This document shows, piece by piece, positions 42,436 to 50,614 of a stretch of DNA of 64,000 bases. How positions within the stretch are numbered: the first letter of the stretch is position 1; each line of letters begins with the position of its first letter. Both the position numbers and the translations under genes were made by a program. Source of the stretch: Hahella sp. (GTDB lineage: Bacteria > Pseudomonadota > Gammaproteobacteria > Pseudomonadales > Oleiphilaceae); contig JBNKWQ010000011.1 in assembly GCA_050299855.1 (NCBI GenBank), positions 25,391 to 89,390 on the forward strand. Direction: 5' to 3'. The notes below the pieces were generated by a model. That model was not told where the DNA came from. It saw only the letters and a program-made list of their open reading frames with translations, and ran no database searches.

Positions 42436-43782
42436 TTATATAGCATCAATCCTGGCCAGCAGTTCAGCGGTTTTGGCTTCCATCAACGCCTGGTCACCCC
42501 GTGACTCAACATTCAGCCGCACCAAAGGCTCCGTATTGGACATCCGCAGGTTAAAACGCCAGTCAGCATAGGCCACGCTTAAACCGTCAATGAAATTAAC
42601 TTCTTCTGCCTGGGGGGCATATTCCGCTTCAATCGTCTTGAGCACTTTGGCAGGATCTTCCAGCTTTCGGTTGATTTCACCACTGGCAGGATAACGGGCC
42701 ATACACTCGTCGATAAGACTGGACAACGTCTGCCCGGTTGCACACATCAGATTGGCCACCATCAACCAGGGAATCATGCCGGAATCACAGTAGGCAAAAT
42801 CGCGGAAATAATGATGTGCACTCATTTCACCGCCGTAAATGGCATCCTGCTCCCGCATGATCTGCTTGATAAAGGCATGACCGGTCTTACTTACCACAGC
42901 AATACCGCCGCCTTCGGCAACTTTCTCCACCGTATTCCAGGTCAGGCGCGGGTCATGAATAATACGCCCTCCCGGCTCTCGCTTGAGAAACAGCTCCGCT
43001 AACAACCCGACAATATAGTAACCCTCGATAAAACGGCCGGTCTCATCAAACAGGAAGCAACGGTCATAATCGCCGTCCCAGGCCACCCCCAAGTCCGCGC
43101 CTTGGGCTAGAATCATCTCGCGGGTGCTGTCACGATTTTCCACCAGTAATGGATTAGGCACCCCGTGAGGGAAAGTACCGTCTGGCTCGTGATGCAGTTT
43201 GGAAAACTCAAACGGCAGCCGCCCTTCCAGCTGATCAACAATCAATCCTGCCCCACCGTTACCGGCATTGACGACAATCTTCAGTGGTTTAAGCTCGGAG
43301 GAATCCACATAGCCCAGCAAATGCTCGATGTAGGCCGGTTGTGCATCCAGTGCATGCAGCGTGCCCGGTACTTCAGCATCACTGAACTCACCCGGCACCA
43401 AAGCCTTAATATCGTTCAAGCCGGTGTCAGAACTCACCGGCCGAGATCCTTTAGAGACCAGCTTCAGACCGTTGTAGTCCTGTGGATTATGGCTGGCCGT
43501 CACCATAATGCCGCCATCCATTTCAAAATGGAAAGTCGCGAAATAAACCAGTTCAGTCCCGCACAGACCGATATCGTAGACATCCGCACCGGCTGCCATT
43601 AGCCCCCGGCGCAAAGCCTCCGCCAGCTCCGGGCTGGAGAGACGAATATCGTAGCCGACCACGACTTTACGTGCGCCAGTCACTTCCACATAAGCGCGAC
43701 CGATGCGCTCTACAATATCGGGATTCAATTGTGCAGGCACTTTGCCGCGAATGTCATAGGCTTTAAAACCACTTAAGTCCAT
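42436..43782 (-). CDS. manB: phosphomannomutase (alpha-D-phosphohexomutase family)
   Basis: Colinear with E. coli ManB/CpsG: FKAYDIRG, active-site TASHNP, FDGDYDRCFLFDE, GGEMSAHHYFRDFAYCDSGMIPW. Confidence 0.85.
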   Translation of the reverse strand: MDLSGFKAYDIRGKVPAQLNPDIVERIGRAYVEVTGARKVVVGYDIRLSSPELAEALRRGLMAAGADVYDIGLCGTELVYFATFHFEMDGGIMVTASHNPQDYNGLKLVSKGSRPVSSDTGLNDIKALVPGEFSDAEVPGTLHALDAQPAYIEHLLGYVDSSELKPLKIVVNAGNGGAGLIVDQLEGRLPFEFSKLHHEPDGTFPHGVPNPLLVENRDSTREMILAQGADLGVAWDGDYDRCFLFDETGRFIEGYYIVGLLAELFLKREPGGRIIHDPRLTWNTVEKVAEGGGIAVVSKTGHAFIKQIMREQDAIYGGEMSAHHYFRDFAYCDSGMIPWLMVANLMCATGQTLSSLIDECMARYPASGEINRKLEDPAKVLKTIEAEYAPQAEEVNFIDGLSVAYADWRFNLRMSNTEPLVRLNVESRGDQALMEAKTAELLARIDAI

Positions 43783-43887
43783 GGGGGATGGCTCCTTATA
43801 AACTAGCAGATACCTCCGGCGGAAAGCCGGAGGGAAGGATAGGAAACTGGCCCGCCAATGCGCAAAGGCCTGGGCGGGGAAACATCA

Positions 43888-45342
43888 TCAAACGGATGTA
43901 TTGGGTGCTTTGGCGAGGCTGTCTGCCGAGGTAGTGTTGCCTGACGAGCGCCCGTAATGATCCTGCAACCGCACAATATCGTCCTCGCCAAGATAACTAC
44001 CCGATTGCACCTCAATAATTTCGAGCGGGATTTTACCCGGGTTAGCCAGTCGATGCACTTCGCCGATGGGAATGTAAGTGGACTGGTTTTCCGAGAGAAT
44101 AAATTCCAGCTCACCACAGGTCACCATGGCCGTTCCCTGGACCACAATCCAATGTTCTGCACGATGATGATGCTTTTGCAGCGAGAGACTGGCACCGGGA
44201 TTAACTTTGATACGCTTCACCTGAAAACGTGTCCCCATATCCACGGAGTCGTAACTGCCCCAAGGGCGAAAGACTTCCCGATGATTCAGTGTTTCCGGCC
44301 GCTCAACCGCATCCAGGCGCGCCACAATCTTCTTCACGTCCTGCACACGGTCCCGGTGGGCCACCATGACCGCATCCTGGGTATCAATCACCACAATATC
44401 TTTCACCCCGACCAACGCCACCAACTTGTTGTGGCTGCGGGCAAAACAGCCCTCGGATTCATGCACCATGACATCCCCCAACAGGGCATTGTTCTGACTA
44501 TCTTTATCATGCACGTCCCACATGGCAGACCAGGCACCAACGTCACTCCAACCCGCTTTAAGCGGCACGGTAACCGCGTCCTGGGTACGTTCCATCACGG
44601 CATAGTCAATCGAGTTGTCCGGGCAATGCGCGAGAATTTCTGCGGGTATACGCTTGAAGTCGAGATCTTCCTGGCAACTTTCAAAAGCCAGCTTACAGGT
44701 ATCATAGATATCAGTGTCAAACGTCTTTAATTCGTCCAGATAGCGTTGTGCACTCATCACAAACATGCCGCTGTTCCAGAGATATTCGCCACTGTCCAGA
44801 TACTGTTGCGCAGTGGCGGCATCCGGTTTTTCCTGAAAGGCGGCCACTGCAAATGCAGCATCACCAAAGCTGTCACCTTTATGGATATAACCATAACCAG
44901 TTTCAGGCTTATCCGGCTCAATGCCGAATAACACCAGCTTACCCTGCTCCGCAGCCTTTTCAGCCTTAGACAAGGCACTATGAAATGCGGCTATATCGGT
45001 GATGTGATGATCGGCAGGCAACACCAGCATAATCTGGTCGCGTCCGGACTGAAGAATCTGCAATGCAGCCATCGCAGCTGCCGGAGCAGTATTGCGACCG
45101 AATGGTTCCAGCAGTATGGAATCTGCTTTCTTGCTGATTTGCTGCAATTGCTCAGCCACAATGAATCGATGCTCTTCGTTGCAAACCACTACCGGCGCTT
45201 CCAATTCGGCGGGCAATCTCATCAGGGTCTGCTGAAACATGGTATCGCTACCCACCAAAGGCAAAAACTGCTTGGGATACAATTTGCGGGAAAGTGGCCA
45301 TAAGCGGGATCCGCTACCGCCGGAAAGAATGACTGGAATCAT
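43888..45342 (-). CDS. manC: mannose-1-phosphate guanylyltransferase / mannose-6-phosphate isomerase (type II PMI-GMP)
   Basis: N-terminal GGSGSRLWPLSR nucleotidyltransferase motif and a C-terminal cupin segment HHHRAEHWIVVQG. Confidence 0.9.
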   Translation of the reverse strand: MIPVILSGGSGSRLWPLSRKLYPKQFLPLVGSDTMFQQTLMRLPAELEAPVVVCNEEHRFIVAEQLQQISKKADSILLEPFGRNTAPAAAMAALQILQSGRDQIMLVLPADHHITDIAAFHSALSKAEKAAEQGKLVLFGIEPDKPETGYGYIHKGDSFGDAAFAVAAFQEKPDAATAQQYLDSGEYLWNSGMFVMSAQRYLDELKTFDTDIYDTCKLAFESCQEDLDFKRIPAEILAHCPDNSIDYAVMERTQDAVTVPLKAGWSDVGAWSAMWDVHDKDSQNNALLGDVMVHESEGCFARSHNKLVALVGVKDIVVIDTQDAVMVAHRDRVQDVKKIVARLDAVERPETLNHREVFRPWGSYDSVDMGTRFQVKRIKVNPGASLSLQKHHHRAEHWIVVQGTAMVTCGELEFILSENQSTYIPIGEVHRLANPGKIPLEIIEVQSGSYLGEDDIVRLQDHYGRSSGNTTSADSLAKAPNTSV

Positions 45343-45769
45343 TGTGGGTCTCCATATCCGTTAAAATTCGATGGCTGGGCTGATGTCAGCATGCGCTGAA
45401 GCTCCAGAAGCTGTGCAGCATTATCCGCGTCTTATGTGACGATTGCTGCAATTTCTTTCACTCAACCAGGCTGCGCCTGCTGGGTAAACAGCAACTGCTA
45501 TGCCAGCATCCATCTCCAAGATACAACTCAGGAGCATGAATACCATATCCTCACCGCCGGAACCATAAGGGCAACTTTACCCTTTTGTCATTTTAGTTAT
45601 AGAGGCTCGTCGAGCTTGCGATATGCACAGCTTTTGCCCGGTAATCACGGGCAAATCGCCATTAAGGGGCACATTAAGATAAGCCATTCCAATTCAAATT
45701 TTGTTGCAGAAAAGGCCGAAAAAAGGTATAAACTGCCGCCCTGAAGCATGAAGGCTAACGAGCCAAAAT

Positions 45770-45820
45770 CCAGAGCTTCAATTAAGAACACTTTTTTATA
45801 CGCGCCCGTAGCTCAGCTGG
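45770..45820 (+). repeat. duplicate of the tRNA-Arg upstream region plus the first 19 nt of the tRNA (5' tRNA fragment)
   Basis: 45770-45820 matches 45940-45991 (ccagagcttcaattaaga.cac.tttt.tatacGCGCCCGTAGCTCAGCTGG) with a few mismatches and one indel. Homology stops inside the D-loop. Confidence 0.8.
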
Positions 45821-45972
45821 GCGCAGGCGGAAATAATGAAACACTGTTTCATCCGCCGAAGCGGCACTTGCCTCTGGCAAGTGACTGGACCCCGAAGGGG
45901 GAGCGCTGCGGAATGCAACGCATTCCCAAGGGCAGTTTTCCAGAGCTTCAATTAAGAGCACCTTTTCTATAC

Positions 45973-46049
<77 letters not shown>

Positions 46050-46151
46050 TTTCACTTCGTTTCATTCTGCTTGTTCGGATTTCCGGCCTTATGAGCTTAG
46101 CTCTCCAGGCGTTCCAGCTAAAATTACTACGCAATTTTTTTACGCTTCCAC

Positions 46152-46168
46152 CCTCTCGGGCGCGCCAT
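46152..46168 (+). repeat. second copy of the tRNA-Arg 3'-end 17-mer (att-like direct repeat)
   Basis: CCTCTCGGGCGCGCCAT occurs at 46034-46050 (T-stem/acceptor/CCA of the tRNA) and again at 46152-46168. Confidence 0.8.
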
Positions 46169-46216
46169 CTTCCGTAAAAAGGCCCTGCTAATTGCAGGGC
46201 TTTTTACGGAAGATGG
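46165..46216 (+). terminator. long near-perfect hairpin with terminator-like core
   Basis: CCATCTTCCGTAAAAAGGCCCTGC-taatt-GCAGGGCTTTTTACGGAAGATGG has a ~23-bp stem with one bulge. The inner part, GGCCCTGC..GCAGGGC+TTTTT, resembles an intrinsic terminator. Confidence 0.55.
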
Positions 46217-46274
46217 TACGCATGAGGGACTTGGTTCAAATCTCCGTTCGACAAACAGCGCCAGCTGTTTGGAC

Positions 46275-46292
46275 GCTGGCAATATTGCCAGC
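46275..46292. repeat. perfect 18-bp palindrome
   Basis: GCTGGCAATATTGCCAGC. A third arm, GCCAGC, lies at 46260-46265, and a GGGGC-aaa-GCCCC hairpin follows at 46293-46305. Confidence 0.8.
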
Positions 46293-46409
46293 GGGGCAAA
46301 GCCCCGAAGATCGCCCTAAGGCGAACTGAGTCAATGCTCTCCCCGCAAACAACACCCAAGCCAAATTGCCGACCTTACAAACACAACTCCCAAATCACAC
46401 AACGCCCCC

Positions 46410-46540
46410 ACCTAGATCAAATGACATAAGATCTATCGCCTAATTACACAGGCGTTGCACTCAGGTGTAATGGTGGTCTTTCAAATACCACTTACTTCAC
46501 TCAGGACAGAGAAGTCACTCCCATCACAAGGACGATAGGT
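46410..46540 (+). promoter_or_regulatory. conserved 131-nt leader, copy 1 (upstream of toxin-like gene 1)
   Basis: It differs from 47792-47922 at only 3 positions. It contains inverted repeats TAGATC..GATCTA, ATTACAC-N15-GTGTAAT, GTGGT..ACCAC and ACTTC..GAAGT, plus an AAGGA SD 8 nt before the ATG. Confidence 0.6.
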
Positions 46541-47122
46541 ATGCCGCCTTTTATTACCCCTCATCAAACAAAAGTTGACCGGCTAATTGCAGAATTTGCC
46601 CAGAAGGACAAGCCGACCACAGCAGACTTCCTGGCACTGGAAAAGGTGGGGGTTCTATATGATCGTCTTGACCGTTATCGGATGGCTGCCATGAATATGA
46701 CGGAAGAGCAGCTTGAAAACGAAAAACATTCCCCGAAAAAGCTAGCTAGCAATATGAAGCGGACTGGCGATCCTCGACCCGCCAAACAGTGTGACGCGCA
46801 TGCAATTGTATCGGGCAGCCATCCCAGCTCTCTTTTGGCACGAGGTGTCTTAGCATGGCTCGGAATGCGAATTGACGACCCTCACAATGGTTGTTGGCTG
46901 CCTAGGGATTGGCACGACCGTAAGCACATGCCTAACCACCTCCGAAATGCTGTCCCCCACAGGCGTATTCACACAAAGACTTACTACGCATGGCTTTCCG
47001 GGTACATCAGGCCTGGAAGAATCAAAAACCCAGAACAACTTATTAATGCGCTACGTTTGGTGCGAACAATGCTTCAAGGTGGTAACGTTCCCGCTAATGT
47101 GATGCCCTCTACAGGACGGTGA
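46541..47122 (+). CDS. AHH/HNH-EndoVII-like putative nuclease toxin (paralogue 1)
   Basis: 193 aa with motifs CDAHAIVSGSHP, RIDDPHNGCWLP and RNAVPHRRIH...YYAWL. These fit the AHH-family layout (AHH...NG.wLP...H..H...Y), except that AHH reads AHA. No signal peptide or known trafficking domain. Confidence 0.55.
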   Translation: MPPFITPHQTKVDRLIAEFAQKDKPTTADFLALEKVGVLYDRLDRYRMAAMNMTEEQLENEKHSPKKLASNMKRTGDPRPAKQCDAHAIVSGSHPSSLLARGVLAWLGMRIDDPHNGCWLPRDWHDRKHMPNHLRNAVPHRRIHTKTYYAWLSGYIRPGRIKNPEQLINALRLVRTMLQGGNVPANVMPSTGR

Positions 47123-47125
47123 ACA

Positions 47126-47737
47126 ATGCTCTACACGATGATATTGGACTACAACAAATACTTGGTTTTGGCATGGGACAAAAAGCAGATTACTTCATTA
47201 GTGGGTGACATGCGCTCTTCAATGGAAAAGCGGATTGACATGTGGAATGCCCCTGTGTCTTTCAAGGGGGTCTTTAATGAACCTTTAAAAGTTACCTTCC
47301 CCAAAAACTCGAAAGAAGACCTCGCTTGTAAAATCCCTGATATCGCTGCTTTTCAAGGACGGTTATTTCTCAACCCCAAAGCCTATGAAGTCCTTAAACC
47401 ACTTATTGAAAATGATGGTGAGTTTCTTCCTGCAATATATGAACAGGGTGCAGGACACATTTTCATTCCATTACGAGTTGCGGAGGATGTCGACGGGTTA
47501 GATACCGATCTTAGTAAAAAGGATGAATGGGGACAGATAGAAAACCTGGCCTTCCATGAAAACAAGGTGAAAGACTGGAATGTGTTCCGCACTGCGTATA
47601 ACGATTATGACACCTTGCAGTGTCAGCAGGCAGTAAAGGACGCCATAGAAAGCGCTGATCTCAAGGGGCTCTATTTCACGCCGAATCTGGGGAATATTTT
47701 TCCCGAAGAGCCGGGAGCCGTGTCGAAGCTTAACTAG
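47126..47737 (+). CDS. putative cognate immunity protein (paralogue 1)
   Basis: 203 aa. The ATG is 3 nt after the toxin stop. It is a paralogue of 48506-49120 and 49793-50407, with a variable N-terminal third and a conserved core IPDIAAFQGRLFL...YEVLKPL.ENDGEFLP...DVDGLDT. Confidence 0.5.
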   Translation: MLYTMILDYNKYLVLAWDKKQITSLVGDMRSSMEKRIDMWNAPVSFKGVFNEPLKVTFPKNSKEDLACKIPDIAAFQGRLFLNPKAYEVLKPLIENDGEFLPAIYEQGAGHIFIPLRVAEDVDGLDTDLSKKDEWGQIENLAFHENKVKDWNVFRTAYNDYDTLQCQQAVKDAIESADLKGLYFTPNLGNIFPEEPGAVSKLN

Positions 47738-47791
47738 AAAAAACGGGACAGATTTTATTTTATAGTTCTAGCCCACCTTCATTAAATTACG

Positions 47792-47922
47792 ACCTAGATC
47801 AAATGACATAAGATCTATCGCCTAATTACACGGGCGTTGCACTCAGGTGTAATGGTGGTCTTTCAAATACCACTTACTTCGCTCAGGACAGTGAAGTCAC
47901 TCCCATCACAAGGACGATAGGT
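47792..47922 (+). promoter_or_regulatory. conserved 131-nt leader, copy 2 (upstream of toxin-like gene 2)
   Basis: See copy 1. The mismatches correspond to copy-1 positions 46450, 46499 and 46510. Confidence 0.6.
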
Positions 47923-48504
47923 ATGCCGCTTTTTATTACCCCTAACCACTCCAAGGTTGACCGCCTAGTTGCCGAGTTTGCTCAGAAGGATAAGCCAACC
48001 TCAGCAGACTTCTATGGCCTGAAGAACCTTGGGGTTATGTATGACCGGCTTGACCGATACCGTATGGAATCCCGGCATATGAGCGCTCAAAGTTTGGAAA
48101 GTGAAACCCATAACTCACGACGCCTTGCAAGTAACCTGAGGCGAACAGGAGATCCTCGCCCCTCAAAGAGATGTGATTGTCATGCAATCGTTTCTGGCAA
48201 TCATCCCGATGCCCTCATGGTACGGGGAGTGCTAGCATGGCTAAAGTTACGAATTGATGATCCTCACAATGGCTGCTGGCTTCCAAAAGATTGGGAGGAC
48301 CGTAAACACATGCCTGCCTACCTCCGAAATGCTGTGCCACATAGACGGTTACACCATCAAAAATATTATGAATGGCTTAGTAGTGCCATCTCCCCCACAA
48401 CTATTACTACGTCACAGCAACTGATTAATGCGTTGCGTATGGTACGGACGATGTTGCAAAGTGGAAATGTTCCGAAAAGCGTAATGCCCACCACAGGTCG
48501 CTAA
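47923..48504 (+). CDS. AHH/HNH-EndoVII-like putative nuclease toxin (paralogue 2)
   Basis: 193 aa, colinear with 46541-47122 without gaps but substantially diverged. Motifs CDCHAIVSGNHP, RIDDPHNGCWLP and RNAVPHRRLH...YYEWL. Confidence 0.55.
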   Translation: MPLFITPNHSKVDRLVAEFAQKDKPTSADFYGLKNLGVMYDRLDRYRMESRHMSAQSLESETHNSRRLASNLRRTGDPRPSKRCDCHAIVSGNHPDALMVRGVLAWLKLRIDDPHNGCWLPKDWEDRKHMPAYLRNAVPHRRLHHQKYYEWLSSAISPTTITTSQQLINALRMVRTMLQSGNVPKSVMPTTGR

Positions 48505-48505
48505 A

Positions 48506-49120
48506 ATGCTATATACGTTGATATTAGATTCAAACAAATACCTTTCCCCTTTACTGGATAGAGCCCAAATACACCGGATACTCGGTGAAACTACAGAAGA
48601 AAATGTGAAGTACCGTATTGATTTCAAGGCACTTCCCGTTTCGTATAAGGGTGTTTTTAATGAGCCTTTGAACGTTTCATTCCCCAAAGCCCTGAAAAGT
48701 CAAAAAAACTGCGAAATCCCCGATATTGCTGCTTTCCAAGGCCGTTTGTTTCTCGGTCTGAAAGCCTACGAAGTTCTGAAGCCGCTGCTAGACAACGATG
48801 GCGAGTTTCTTCCCGCAAATTATGAGCTAGGTAAAGGGTATATCTATATTCCCTTAAAGGTTGCAGAGGATGTCGATGGTCTGGACACCGAGCTTAGCAG
48901 AAAGGATGAGTGGGGACAGGTTGCTAACCTGGCCTTCCATGAAGACAGGGTTAAAGCTTGGAATGTATTCAGGACCGAGTTTAATGGCTACCACACATTG
49001 CAATGTCAGCAGGCTGTAAAAGACGCCATTGAAAAAGCTGGTTTCACAGGGCTGTACATTACACCAAACTTGGGGAACATCTTCCCTGAGGAGCCTGGGG
49101 CAGTATCAAAGATCAATTAG
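48506..49120 (+). CDS. putative cognate immunity protein (paralogue 2)
   Basis: 204 aa. The ATG is 1 nt after the toxin-2 stop. Paralogue of 47126-47737. Confidence 0.5.
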   Translation: MLYTLILDSNKYLSPLLDRAQIHRILGETTEENVKYRIDFKALPVSYKGVFNEPLNVSFPKALKSQKNCEIPDIAAFQGRLFLGLKAYEVLKPLLDNDGEFLPANYELGKGYIYIPLKVAEDVDGLDTELSRKDEWGQVANLAFHEDRVKAWNVFRTEFNGYHTLQCQQAVKDAIEKAGFTGLYITPNLGNIFPEEPGAVSKIN

Positions 49121-49129
49121 GAATAGTCG

Positions 49130-49747
49130 TTGATAATGTTTCCGGCATTCGACTCGTTACAGTTAACTACCCGTCTACTCAAGCTTAACCAAAAACAACA
49201 ACTTGCTTTTGGTGCTTCCTGCTGTGAACGCATGCTTCCAAGCTATCTGGCGTTCCAGGAAGATAGTGGCTGGGGAAATTTTGAGCCTCTGCGAAGGGGA
49301 TTGGACTTTGTATGGACCGCACTAGAAGACGACGGATTCAGCCAGAAAGAGGTTGAACGGCTTCTCGATCAGTGTGACGAAGCTTATCCGGATTCAGCAG
49401 ATTTCGAGTCACCCTATGTTCCCTATGCCCAGGACGCTTACTATGTCGTTGGCTTCCTGTTGGATGTCTTTCTCGGCTATGAAATAGATGCATTTGTTGA
49501 AATCGCCACCTATACGATTCAAACCGTAGAGGCTTACATACAGGAAACCGAGCAGTTGGAACCTACGGACCCTGGCATTGAGACTAAAATAGTCAACCAC
49601 CCCATTATGCAAAGAGAGCTGGCACAGCAAGAGTCAGACTTGAAGGAAATAGAGCGGAACTCCGAGGTCGGCTTGGACTTTATTCAGGCATTTAGACATT
49701 CATGGGGAAACAATGGGAAGAGTAATATCGATCTGCCTATTACCTGA
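49130..49747 (+). CDS. DUF416 (YjaG-like) family protein
   Basis: Colinear with my recollection of E. coli YjaG: L...L..W....F.ASCCERMLPSY..F......G..........DFVW. The start is TTG 49130 (AGGA 7 nt upstream) or ATG 49136. Confidence 0.55.
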   Translation: MIMFPAFDSLQLTTRLLKLNQKQQLAFGASCCERMLPSYLAFQEDSGWGNFEPLRRGLDFVWTALEDDGFSQKEVERLLDQCDEAYPDSADFESPYVPYAQDAYYVVGFLLDVFLGYEIDAFVEIATYTIQTVEAYIQETEQLEPTDPGIETKIVNHPIMQRELAQQESDLKEIERNSEVGLDFIQAFRHSWGNNGKSNIDLPIT

Positions 49748-49792
49748 AAAACAATGCGTATTTTGCAGCAACTGGAAAACTCCCCATTCATC

Positions 49793-50407
49793 ATGCTCCA
49801 CACATTATTGCTGAACTCCAAAAAGTATTTAGGACCAGTCATTGACGACAAACAAGTTGCATCCATCGTCGGGGAGGCAAGTAATGACAATATCACTCAA
49901 CGCATAGATATGTACCATGGCCCTGCCACGCGCAGAGGGGTATTTAAGGAGCCTCTTCGTGTGTCCTATCCGGTATTCAACAAAGCAGACAAGAAGAAAT
50001 CCATCCCGGATATCGGCGCGTTTCAGGGGCGCTTGTTTCTCAGCACGGCAGCATATGAAATTCTGAAGCCCCTGATTGAAAACGACGGTGAGTTTCTATC
50101 GGCCGTCTACGAACAGGGAGACGGCTACATCTTTACACCTTTGCGTGTTGTGGAAGAGGTGGATGGACTCGATACAGAAATTAGCAGGAAGAATGACTGG
50201 GGGGATGTCATTCACTTGGCATTTCATGAAGAGCGAGTGGCCGACTGGAAGGTATTTAGAACCGAGTACAATGCTTATACATCCTTGTACTGTCAGCAGG
50301 AAGTCAAAGACGCCATTGAGCAGGCTCAGCTAACCGGTTTGTACTTTTCGCCAGATCTGGCCAACATTTACCCTGAAGAACAAAGTGCTGTTATTAATCC
50401 CAACTAA
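49793..50407 (+). CDS. orphan immunity-like paralogue 3 (no adjacent toxin gene)
   Basis: From the ATG at 49793, MLHTLLLNSKKYL... is colinear with the two immunity-like proteins (IPDIGAFQGRLFL, LKPLIENDGEFL, EVDGLDTE). Confidence 0.5.
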   Translation: MLHTLLLNSKKYLGPVIDDKQVASIVGEASNDNITQRIDMYHGPATRRGVFKEPLRVSYPVFNKADKKKSIPDIGAFQGRLFLSTAAYEILKPLIENDGEFLSAVYEQGDGYIFTPLRVVEEVDGLDTEISRKNDWGDVIHLAFHEERVADWKVFRTEYNAYTSLYCQQEVKDAIEQAQLTGLYFSPDLANIYPEEQSAVINPN

Positions 50408-50614
50408 AGGAACGTCTCTGTGTCTGTACTCCCCCCTCCCGCACCGTTAATGTGAATCTCTTTTTTAGTCAACGGGCAGGCTCTATGCACCATCCTTACT
50501 ATCTGGCAGACACTACATACCACCGCTCTCCAGCCGATCCATAATATGACCCTTCATGCCGCAAGATCTCTGAGGTAGCGATCTGCGGTAACTTCAATAC
50601 AGAACATCAGGTGG

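Noticed and set aside
46217-46250. Additional tRNA remnant suggested by GGTTCAAATC (T-loop-like) at about 46231-46240
   Set aside because: The flanking bases cannot form a T-stem and there is no acceptor or anticodon arm. The resemblance is too short to call.
46430-46540. N-terminal extension of toxin-like gene 1 into the conserved leader (frame open for 37 codons)
   Set aside because: The open stretch has no ATG, GTG or TTG in frame. A good AAGGA SD sits 8 nt before the annotated ATG. Two of the three inter-copy substitutions would be non-synonymous. It is kept only as the recombination-handle hypothesis in the findings.
46050-50614. Integron, transposon or prophage explanation for the cassette array
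   Set aside because: I could not find an integrase, transposase, attC-like 3' elements, terminal inverted repeats or phage genes in or next to the array. Only the tRNA-end direct repeat is present.
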